A stretch of 39,266 bases of DNA from Chrysochromulina tobinii (Eukaryota): positions 1 through 39,266 of the forward strand of contig JWZX01003133.1 in NCBI GenBank assembly GCA_001275005.1. The letters run 5' to 3'. The position numbers and the translations under genes were made by a program. Position 1 is the first letter of the stretch, and each line of letters begins with the position of its first letter. This document shows positions 28,415-37,392 of the stretch, in pieces. Below the pieces are notes generated by a model. The model did not search any database and was not told where the DNA came from. It saw only the letters and a program-made list of their open reading frames with translations.

Positions 28415-30690
28415 CTAATCGTCGCCAATCTCGATCTCCTCGCCAGCGTCGAGGACCTCCTCGGTCATCTCGAGCTGCTCGCGCTCCTCCTCCTCGATGA
28501 GCGTGTACGCCGACTCGGCGTCCGACTCGACGCCGCCGCGCAGCTCGATGCGCCGGGCGCGCATGTCGTCGTACTCCTTCTGCTTGGCGCGCAAGAAGCC
28601 CTCGAAAGCCGCGTGCTTCTCCTTGCGCTCGCGCAGCTTATCCGCGCCGAGCTGGTTCTTGAGCTGTGCATCCTCCTCCTCGTACCGATGCGAGTACTTG
28701 CGCAGGTTCTTGCGAATTTCCTTCTCCTGCGCCTCGGTGAGCAGCGTCTTGGGCCGCGGCCGCCAGTGCAGCTGGTAAAACTTGTCGTGCTTCGTGTGCA
28801 AGAGCTCACGACCGTGGCTCGACCACATGATGAAGCCATTCTCCATCTGGTGTTTCCAGTGCGAGACGGAGGTGGCGACGAAGCGGCCTGTGGGGTCCCA
28901 CTCTACGTCTGAGCACATGAAGTGCTCGGCCTCGCCGATGGTCGTCTGCGTGTTCGCGTCCACCCACTCGAGCTGGCCCGCGGTCCCCTTGAGGTTCGCC
29001 AGCACGATGATTGAGCCGACGGGAGACCACCAGAGGGTCGAGCACGTCTTGCTCTCGAGCGTCTTGATCAGGGAGATGCGGCCGTTGTACTTGGAGCCCA
29101 TGGAGTAAAAGGAGACGTCGGTGCGCTGCGAGCCCGCCTCGCCATGGATGATCGCATACCGAATGCCCTTGGGCTCCCACGCAAACGCAATGACCGTCGT
29201 CTCCTTAGTGAACTCGGTGACCTCGATGGGCACGTCCTTGTCTCGGAGCCGAAAGAGTTCGAAGGCCGAGTTGAGCGTCTTCTTCGACTTCGAGTGCTTG
29301 TCGACCTTGACGCACAGGAAATGGCCCTGGTCATGCCACGTCATGCGCAGGTCCGCGACGGAGAAGAGATTCTTCTGGCGCAGCTCCTCACGAGAGGGCA
29401 GCGACATGAGCACCACCTTGGCCGGGTTGTTGGTGTGCTCGGGGATCCAGCACGAGATGATGTTGTCCGTGGGCGACCACAGAAACTGGCGCACACCCTC
29501 GACGCGCACCGACGTGCGCTTGTCCTGCTTGTCCTTGATCAGCTTCATCGTGGACGACTCGTACACATAGATGCAGTCGTCGCCGAGCCGGGCAAACAGA
29601 GAGTCGTCGTGGCTCCAAAGGTACGCGGGCCACCTCATCTCACTCGCGGGATCGGAGCCTTGGAGCGCCCTGCACTTGTTGCCCGTCTTGATCTCCCAAA
29701 TGATGAGCGCGGCCGACTGGCCGCTCTCGGGCGACCAGGTCACCAGATACGTCTCACACGGCGAAAAGTCGATCAGCTTCACGCCTCCGTGATTGATCTT
29801 GATCTGGCGCTTCCAGCTGGGCCCACCCCATAGCATGATGCCCAGCCGGTGGAAGGTGGCCAGGTACGTGCCGCGCGGCGACCATGTCACATACGTGTCC
29901 GACCAATTCTTCTTCGAGTACGAGGGCTCCTGGTTTGGCTTCTGAGGGTCGTTCCACCAGATCTCCGTCATCTCGTTGTACCGGCACACGTACTGGTCGC
30001 GCGCCTTTGCTGTCCTCGAGCCACTCGTACATATTCTCCTTGGGCACGAAGGGCGGTGCCTCAAACTCTCGCTCCTCGTCGGGCACGGCCATGTACTTGG
30101 CGTAGTCCTCGAACGAGCTCGTGATGAACGTGTGCGATTTGTCAAGCTTGTAGCCATTCGCCTTCACGACGGCTGTAGCCGCCTGGGCCTCCGTCTCAAA
30201 CTCAATGAAGGCGAAGCTGCGGGAACGCGAGGAGTGACGAGGTGAGCTGAGTAACACTTCACGCTGCGGCGCAAGCGCGTGGAACCGCCGGCGCAGGCCG
30301 CACGCGCGGCCATAATCAACTCAGCAGTGCAGCAGCCCAGCTGAGCAGCACAGAAGCAGCGAGAACGCTGGGCTGCGGCAGTAGCGACGACGGCACGAGC
30401 ACTAGGCAGATCCGGCGCGGATCCAGCTGCGGGCGAGCGCACCCCATGCTATCGCCGCTCTCAGAGTACGGCATCTCGAGCCCATCCTCGACAATTGTAC
30501 CCACCTGAGAGAAGAACTTGCGCAGCACGTTGATCAGCTTCTCGTGCTTCTCCTTGGGCACCTTGGGCAAGCCGTCGACGATGATCGTCTGCTTGAAGGA
30601 AGTGTCCACCTTCGGCTCCTCCTCAAAGTCCTGGTCTTCCTCGTCAGGGACGTCGTCGTCATCGTCGTCATCGTCAGGCCGCGGCGGCAT
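28415..30690 (-). CDS. EIF3B: Eukaryotic translation initiation factor 3 subunit B (eIF3b/PRT1); 2 exons, one 1-nt frameshift
   Basis: Exons 30690-30443 and 30216-28415. RRM: IIVDGLPKVPKEKHEKL...MGFAFIEF...ANGYKLDKSHTF. Beta-propeller: TYVTWSPRGTYLATFHRLGIMLWGG, FAWEPKG, VEWDPTGRFVATSVS, QLHWRPRP, IRKNLRKYS. An extra base in the ttt run at 30006-30008 breaks EWLEDSKARDQY. Confidence 0.96.
30217..30442 (-). other. GT-AG intron of eIF3b (226 nt, phase 2)
   Basis: Minus strand ATGGG|GTGCGC ... TTCCCGCAG|CTTC; restores the RNP1 motif SMGFAFIEF. Confidence 0.92.
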
Positions 30691-30928
30691 CGTTCTGCGA
30701 CGACGACGCCACGATTTATAAAAGAAACCTGTGAAAAGGCTGTGAACACACGAACCACGAACTTGAACGAACTTGAACTTGAACACTCTCGCACACTGAC
30801 TTGTACTGTACTGCATCCGAAAACATATGTGAAGATGTGAACGCGACTTGGCCCGACTCGCCCGTCTACAGATCCCGCCACCACGTCATCAACAGCGGCG
30901 GAACACAGCGGCGGACATCAACAGGTAT

Positions 30929-31864
30929 TCAATACACGGCGGCGGCGGAAGGCCGCGCACCCTCGAGAGGGATGTTGTACTTGGCGGCGATGGCGGCAAG
31001 CTCGGCGGCACCCCTGGCTCGTAGTAGCTCCTCATTCGGCGCACCCGCGCGCATGAGCGTGAGCATCATCGAAGCCTCGCCGTACTGAAGGGGGCGCGGC
31101 GACGGCTTGCGCGGCTCGGGCGGCGGCGGGCTCGCCCCAGGAAGCCAAAACACCGAGTCGGGCGAGGATGGCGCGGGCGAGGCGTGCTTTGCGAGCGGCG
31201 AAGGCGACGCACCATACGCTGTGGAAGCGGAGAGAGCTAGAGGGTGGCCAACGACGCGCTCCACCTTTTCGCTCTCGGCCGCACCTTTGGCTGCGATCGC
31301 GCCAATCTTGGCGGCGCGGCGTGCCGCTGCCGCCGCCGCCGCCGCCTCGAGCTTCGCGGCCTTCGCCTCCGCCTGTTCACCCAGCTTGGTTGCTGCGCTT
31401 TCCACCTTTTCCACATCAGCATGCCCCTTCTCCTTCACTGTCTGCAGCCGCGCCGCACGTCGCTCTTCGGCCTTCTTCATCGCGCCCTTGTGCTTCTGCG
31501 ACTTCTTGGCCGTCGCCTCCTGCAGTGCCTCCGCCGCCGACTCCACCTTCTCACTCTCGGCATGCCCCTTGATCTTACGCCACTGGACCTCAACGTCGTG
31601 CCGCTTGGCGTGGGCACTCATGTCGTCTTCCTGACTTTGCTTGAGCCCGTCGATGGCGCGATGGTGCGCATCCCGCGTCTCGGCCACTACGCTCGCCGCT
31701 CGGCTGTTGTGCTGAGCCGCTAGCCGCTTCTTTGCCTCCACCTGAATCTCGTGCCGTACCTCCGCTGAGGCCAGGGCTGCAGAGACCTTCTCCTTCACAT
31801 CATCGCCGCGAAGCGGCGCAGGCCGTTCCTCGAGCTCCTGCTGCTTCTTGCTCTTCTTGCTCAT
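30929..31864 (-). CDS. Hypothetical Lys/Ala/Glu-rich coiled-coil protein
   Basis: ORF 30929..31921, with likely start MSKKSKK at 31864. Three internal repeats of a KG(H/A)A(E/D)(S/V)EKVE motif; Pro/Ser-rich tail. Confidence 0.6.
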   Translation of the reverse strand: MSKKSKKQQELEERPAPLRGDDVKEKVSAALASAEVRHEIQVEAKKRLAAQHNSRAASVVAETRDAHHRAIDGLKQSQEDDMSAHAKRHDVEVQWRKIKGHAESEKVESAAEALQEATAKKSQKHKGAMKKAEERRAARLQTVKEKGHADVEKVESAATKLGEQAEAKAAKLEAAAAAAAARRAAKIGAIAAKGAAESEKVERVVGHPLALSASTAYGASPSPLAKHASPAPSSPDSVFWLPGASPPPPEPRKPSPRPLQYGEASMMLTLMRAGAPNEELLRARGAAELAAIAAKYNIPLEGARPSAAAVY

Positions 31865-32198
31865 CGCCTGTGCGCGCTCGGGGTGCAGCAACTCCGCCCG
31901 CTCTTGAGGCGCCCCTCTCATTCATGACGTACAAGTATTCGAGCACTTACTCGTAAGCTTCGTCACAATACGACACGAGATGTGCCTCGTTACTTTACCC
32001 TCAGCAATTATCTTTACGCACGCGCCGTGCCGGCAACACTGCTCGAGAGAGTCGAAACGTGCCTGCTGATCTCCCCCTCCACATGGGCTACATCGGTATG
32101 TGCCCATGGCGGAAAGAGTATTCATAGAGGTGAAAAGGGTACCGCTCCCCACGGCCGGCCCTGAGGCTCTCGCGCTGAGCGCGGAGCCCGCTTCTCCG

Positions 32199-34212
32199 TC
32201 ACTGGGCTCCTGCGGCACTGAGCCACGTCCTGGGGAGGGCCAGCCGGCGCGTGAGAAGCAGCCAGGCGGCGACGAGCAGCGCGAGCACGAGGAGCTCAGA
32301 CACAATGGTCAGCTCGTAGAAGAATGAGTAGCGGCGCATCTCAAAGGCAAGGCCGATCACAAAGGGGCCGAGCATCTCGCCCAGGGAGCACGCGAGTTGG
32401 ATAGTCATGAGCATGCGTGGCGTCATCACGATCCCGAGCTCGGGCGGCAGCGTCATCGACTGCGCGCGCGGCGGCCGCAGGCACAGGCACACTCGGGAGG
32501 CGATCAGTGGACGCGGGGGCGGGGCCGGCATCGGCGGGCGTCTGAGGATGGGATGGCGGGCGGATGCTCTTCGCACGCCGTATTGAGCAGAGGCTCCATA
32601 CGCGCCGTATTGAGCAGATGCTCCATACGCGCCGTATTGGACACAGCTCCGCGCTTGCGGTGGGGAGGGAGGCAGCGGGCGGCGGAGGGTGGCAGCGCGA
32701 CGCACCGCGGGGAACGAGGAGGCGACGCCGAGGCCGATGCCCATGGCCGAGGACCAGAGCATCGCGTTGGATGGCACCACCATGGCCACTCCCGAGAGGA
32801 TGCAGCAGATCGTGTTTGCGAAGACCGCAGGCCATGCAGAGGTCACAGCGCCTGAGAGGAAGGCCCAGCCGATCCGGCCAATGCTCATCGCCGTCCAGAA
32901 ATTGGACGACATGATTGCCATGGTCTCCTCGCCCAGACCGCGCTGCTTGATGCCGAACGCGGGCAGCCACGTCGCCGTCGAGTGCTCGAGTGAGGTGGCG
33001 AAGAAGCACAGCGCGCTGATAGTGACCATCACCACGACGTATGGCGGCAGCCCTTCCGAGCCTGGGTCTCCGAGGTACACAAAGCTGCCGTCATTGTCCG
33101 CTCGCGTGCCCTTGCTATTTGCGGGCGGGGCCGCAGCTAGCGACTTGAGCTCTGCGCTGGCCGCGCCCGCCTCTGCCGCCGCTGCCGCTGCCGCCTCGCG
33201 GAGCACTTGGGATTCGTCACTTTGGGATTCGTCACTTGGCTCGTCGAAGTGTACGCGCTCCGAGCGGCGCGCTTTGCCTTCGCCGGCCGCGCTCGCTGTG
33301 GAGTGCGCCGCCGTCTTGAGCTCCACGCTCGCGCGGGGGGCGGTCGAGCCACGTGGGGGAGGGGGGCTCGGCAGCAGCGGCAACGCGAGCGCGACCAGGA
33401 TCGAGATGGTGGAGAGCGCGTAGTAAGCGGGCCACACGGCACCGCTTAGATAGTGGATCGAGGCGGCGATCATCCCCGGCGTGATGAACGCGCCAATCGT
33501 GAACATGGCGTTGAGCACCGCCACCTGTCATCACCCGCGCGCCGAACAAGCACGCGTCAGCACCGACTTTCGATCGCCAGCTAGGCACAAGAGCAAGGGT
33601 GGCGCGACGCGAGCGGAGGTAAGGAGGTGCGGCGCGCGTGCAGATATGGCGTATGTGGGCGTGGTCGGCTGCGGCTGGCATGCGCACGTTGATGCGCAGC
33701 ATGCGCGCATCGAAATCCCACGCCCACATGATGAGCATGTTGGCCGCTGAGTCGCTGATGCCGTACATGAAGCCGGACACGGTCATGGCGATCTGTAGCA
33801 CGGTGCCGGAGCGCGTGGAGCCGAGCACCGCCGCGCAGCACGCGGACACGAGGAGCGTTGCCGCCACCACCTGGTGTGGCAGCAGCAGCGAATCGGCGTC
33901 TGTGTGTAGCTGCTGGAGGCGCGTTGCATACCCACCCCACACGACCGTGGCGCCCAGTTTGGCGAGGCGATTCTGCATGACCGCGCCACCGAGCACTCCC
34001 TGCGATAGTTCCGTCTGGCGCTCAAAGAAGTCGAGCGAGGGTCCAAATGCGCCGCACATGCCTCCGTTGACGACCATGATCATGCAGTAGAACACTGTCG
34101 CGAGCATACGGTGCGGTGGTGGCGTTCTCCGATGGTGATCACCACGTTCGCCATCGGACTCGGCGGCTATGATTAATGGTGCATAGTCGCTGGCGTCAGT
34201 CGCCTTGCCCAT
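32199..34212 (-). CDS. Major facilitator superfamily transporter, MFSD4/fucose-permease-like; 3 exons
   Basis: Exons 34212-33688, 33524-32706 and 32459-32199. Motifs GGMCGAFGPSL, MYGISDSAAN, LNAMFTIGAFITP, LEHSTATWLPAF, FWTAMSIGR, GVASSFPA|SMTLP and SLGEMLGPFVIG. Confidence 0.82.
32460..32705 (-). other. GT-AG intron 2 of the MFS gene (246 nt, in frame, stop-free)
   Basis: Minus strand GCG|GTGCGT ... GCGCGCAG|TCG. Removal deletes 82 non-MFS-like codons and joins ASSFPA|SMTLPPELG. Confidence 0.8.
32576..32639 (+). repeat. 27-bp tandem repeat (2.4 copies) inside MFS intron 2
   Basis: cgccgtattgagcaga(g/t)gctccatacg x2 + cgccgtattg. Confidence 0.9.
33525..33687 (-). other. GT-AG intron 1 of the MFS gene (163 nt, phase 0)
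   Basis: Minus strand AAC|GTGCGC ... GATGACAG|GTG; joins MLRIN|VAVLNAMFTIG across two ORF frames. Confidence 0.88.
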
Positions 34213-34826
34213 CAGTTGGCGGCCGACCGCACTGAAGTCGGCCGCGGTAAGTCGGTCCGCGAGCGCTGCCGTGCCGAGGATGACGAACTTGCCCTGTGAA
34301 TTGCTGCAGCGCGAAACTTATGTTAAATGTCGTCCACCACGAGCCTTCGAATGAAGTTGTATGTGTGCACGTGCTGGTGTGCCGTGAATGTAATTCGCTT
34401 GAGCGTGGTAGCCCGTGCCCGAGCACGACGCGGATCGCGGTTGTATTATGGCTGTGCCGGGTGAGTCCCGCGACGGGACTTGTGTGGCACTGGTGGAGTC
34501 TTCAGGGCGTCTGTTGTATGAGCTATTGGTTGGGCGATGTGTGGAATGGATTCTTATGACTTTGTCTCGGCCCTCTCCCATTCCCTTGTGCTCGCTCGGA
34601 AGAGAGACTATCGTGAACACATGCGTGAACATCGGATCTTTGAGGCGTACGTCGGGCGATCTCCAATGCGGGATCTCACATCTCAGGAACAGGATCTCGT
34701 CACCGCTGCGCACTAACCGCACGGCACTCAAACACACAAACAGGAGCCACAATGGACGATCCCCGGAGCCAAGCCACTACCCGCGCACAAGCTATTGAAT
34801 TTCGAATTTCCCTATTGTCCTTTCCG

Positions 34827-35354
34827 TCACTTTCCGTCCTTCTTGTCACCGCCAAAGAGCTTCTTGAGCCCCCCCATCAGGTCGGGCTGAGATTCATCGA
34901 CGTAGCCGGAGTCGATAAACGGCAACTTTGTATCGATTCGCTCGGCGACCAGTCCCACACCGCCCCAGGAACGATCGCCCGCCTCGCGCTCCATATCATC
35001 CGATGCCTGCAGCTTGCCCTCCTCACGCATCTTCTGCCATGCAACATAATCGCCCGTCTTTTGCAGCTCCTTGAGCTCCGCATCCTTTGCGGAGATCTCC
35101 TCGCGCCGTCTCTCCACCTCCGCCTCGTACGCCGCCATCTTCGCCGGATTGCGCCGCCGTTCGAGCATTTCCTGCATGGCACGATATTCGGCTTCTTTGG
35201 CGGCCTTGGCAGCCTCGCTTTCCTTGAATAGGTCAAAAAAGCCCATGCCCGGTGACGAACAGCGCATTGGTGAGGCAGAGCGCATTGGCGACACCGCTTG
35301 CTGCAGAATGAGCCCCTGGGCGGAGAGCAAACAGAGCGCCGCCGCCAGCAACAT
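34827..35354 (-). CDS. Uncharacterised nucleus-encoded plastid-targeted protein
   Basis: 175-aa ORF: signal peptide MLLAAALCLLSAQG, then a Ser/Pro/Arg-rich transit-like stretch with SPM(R) repeats, then a charged helical domain ending ERIDTKLPFIDSGYVDESQPDLMG. Confidence 0.75.
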   Translation of the reverse strand: MLLAAALCLLSAQGLILQQAVSPMRSASPMRCSSPGMGFFDLFKESEAAKAAKEAEYRAMQEMLERRRNPAKMAAYEAEVERRREEISAKDAELKELQKTGDYVAWQKMREEGKLQASDDMEREAGDRSWGGVGLVAERIDTKLPFIDSGYVDESQPDLMGGLKKLFGGDKKDGK

Positions 35355-35555
35355 TATCGCTTGGATTCAGAATCGGAAGATTCAGAGAAATCACTCTAAT
35401 TGACGAATCGTATCTCAAACCTCACATCCCTACAGTAGGAATGTCCTACAAGTAGTTCTTCATGGGAGCCATCAAGAGATTGCTAGGAACCTCCGGCAGA
35501 CTTGCGTCCACGTGGAAACCGCCGGACCCGCGCCTCTCTTTGGGCGGAACCACAC

Positions 35556-37042
35556 ATGGCGGCGACGCGATGCTTCTATGAGGTGCTTGGTGTAAATCAG
35601 GACGCTACAGTGGCCGAGATCAAAAAGAGCTACCACACACAGGCCTTGCGATACCACCCAGACAAGAGCGGAGGCGACGAGGAGGCAACCGAGATGTTCA
35701 GAAGGGTTCAGGAGGCATACGAGGTGCTGTCCAACCCGCTGGAGCGCCGGTATTACGACGACAACCGCGACGAGCTCCTCAACAGCGACGAAGAGGAGGA
35801 CGCGGAGAGGGAATGCAATAATGAGGTCCCAGCGCAGTTGGATCTGTACGCGTGCATGACAAGAGACGCGTTTGTCGACTTTTCAGCGCACGAGGACGGC
35901 TTCTTTGGAGTCTACTCAAAGGTCTTTCGAGAGCTCGACGAGCAGGAAAGGACGGCGGCCAATGGTGACGTCCGACGGCCGCGATTCGGCGGTGCCGGGT
36001 CTGACGAGGATGCGGTGGCAGACTTTTACGCGTACTGGCTCAGCTTCTTCGACCTGTCGGTCTGAGCGCGCCTTTGCGATGCACGACAAGTGGGACTTGG
36101 ACGACGCGCCCAACCATCTCATGCGACGCCTGATGCAGCAGAGGAATCGAGAGATCCGGGATAAGGCGCGCAAGATGTTCAACGAGAAGGTGCGTCGACT
36201 AGCCAAGTGGGTGCAGTCGAGCGACCCTCGCTCACACGGAGAAGCGTGCGACGCGGTGGATCTGAGTGACGCATCTGTTCCGGAGGAAGGCAAGGGGTTG
36301 GCGGCGGAGGAGAAGGGCTCGTCCCACTGTGCCGCGTGTAACAAGTGGTACAAGAATCCGCAGCAGCTGAGTAACCACGAGAAGAGCAGCAAGCACAAGC
36401 AGACGGTGGCCAAGGTGCGAAGCCGAGCTGGCCTTGGACGCGGACGGCGAGAGGGAGTTGAAGGAGCTCGAGGAGCTCGGCTTGGGCGACGAAGACGACG
36501 GGCTGGGTGCGGCGGCGGCTGCGGATGCGCCGACCGAGGACGAGGCCGCGCGTGCTGATGCCAAGGGCAGGGGCAAGGGCAAGAAGAACAAAGGGCGTCG
36601 GCTCGGACTGGACCACGAGGACACTGGAGATCGAGACCTCACGGCGGAGGACGAGACGGATGCGGCGATCGAGCTCGCCGTCGTCTCAAGTGCGCTGCCG
36701 AGCCCGGGGCTGGTGGCGCTGCAGACACGCGCGGCCTTTGAGGCATCGGAGGACTACAAGAAGCTCAACAAGACGCAACGAAGGAAGGCGTTGCAGCAAT
36801 GGGAGGCGGAGAATCAGCACATCATGGAGGCGCTCAAGGCCGAGGGCAAGGAGGCGCCGCCGCCCAAGGACCCCAAAGAGAAGAAGCCCGATGCGCCCAA
36901 GAAGAGTGATAAGACCAAGGTTCACGGAGCTGGCGCTCACAGCCGAGAGATCAAGACGCCAAAGAAGAAGAAGGCTGTGGGCTTCTATGGTGCGAAAAAG
37001 GGTGACGCTTCGATAGAGGGTTCCGAGTCGGAATCGGATTGA
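35556..37042 (+). CDS. DNAJC21/JJJ1-like J-domain co-chaperone with C2H2 zinc finger; two 1-nt frameshifts
   Basis: J domain CFYEVLGV...ALRYHPDK...VQEAYEVLS; GFFGVYSKVF; FYAYWLSF|STCR..FAMHDKWD; zinc finger HCAACNKWYKNPQQLSNHEKSSKH. Removing one extra base near 36048 and one near 36420 joins ORFs 35502..36065, 35872..36558 and 36434..37042. Confidence 0.85.
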
Positions 37043-37392
37043 CAGTCACAGTAAGAATGAAGCCGTGTGATTATTGACAGAGCTCCACCGCACTCTCTCT
37101 CGCCATGGTCCATGCTCCCGTGTCGCGCGCAGGGCGGCCCTGGCCGTTCCGCCACGTCAATAATATCGGCAATAACATTTCGGCACTGGGCGGGCTTCTG
37201 CGCCCGTGTTCTGTTCTATGTTCCCGCTCGGCCTAGTTCCGCTCATTTGCGGGTGAACTCGTCCTCAGCTAGTGGTGTTATGAAGCACATAAACATTGGC
37301 TGTGAAGTAACCAATTTCTGTGAATTGCTTCGTCGCCACGTACGTCGGCGCACACGACGCCGCGACTATCCTGTCTATTGGCGGCGCACACG

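Noticed and set aside
30759..30784. (GAACTT)n and (AAGTC)n short repeats as telomeric or functional arrays
   Set aside because: Only 3-4 units each and not a recognised telomere motif; treated as ordinary microsatellites.
28415..37042. eIF3b and the DnaJ gene as pseudogenes or programmed-frameshift genes
   Set aside because: Single-base changes at homopolymers restore fully conserved proteins, and no slippery heptamer or stimulatory structure is evident; sequencing error is more parsimonious.
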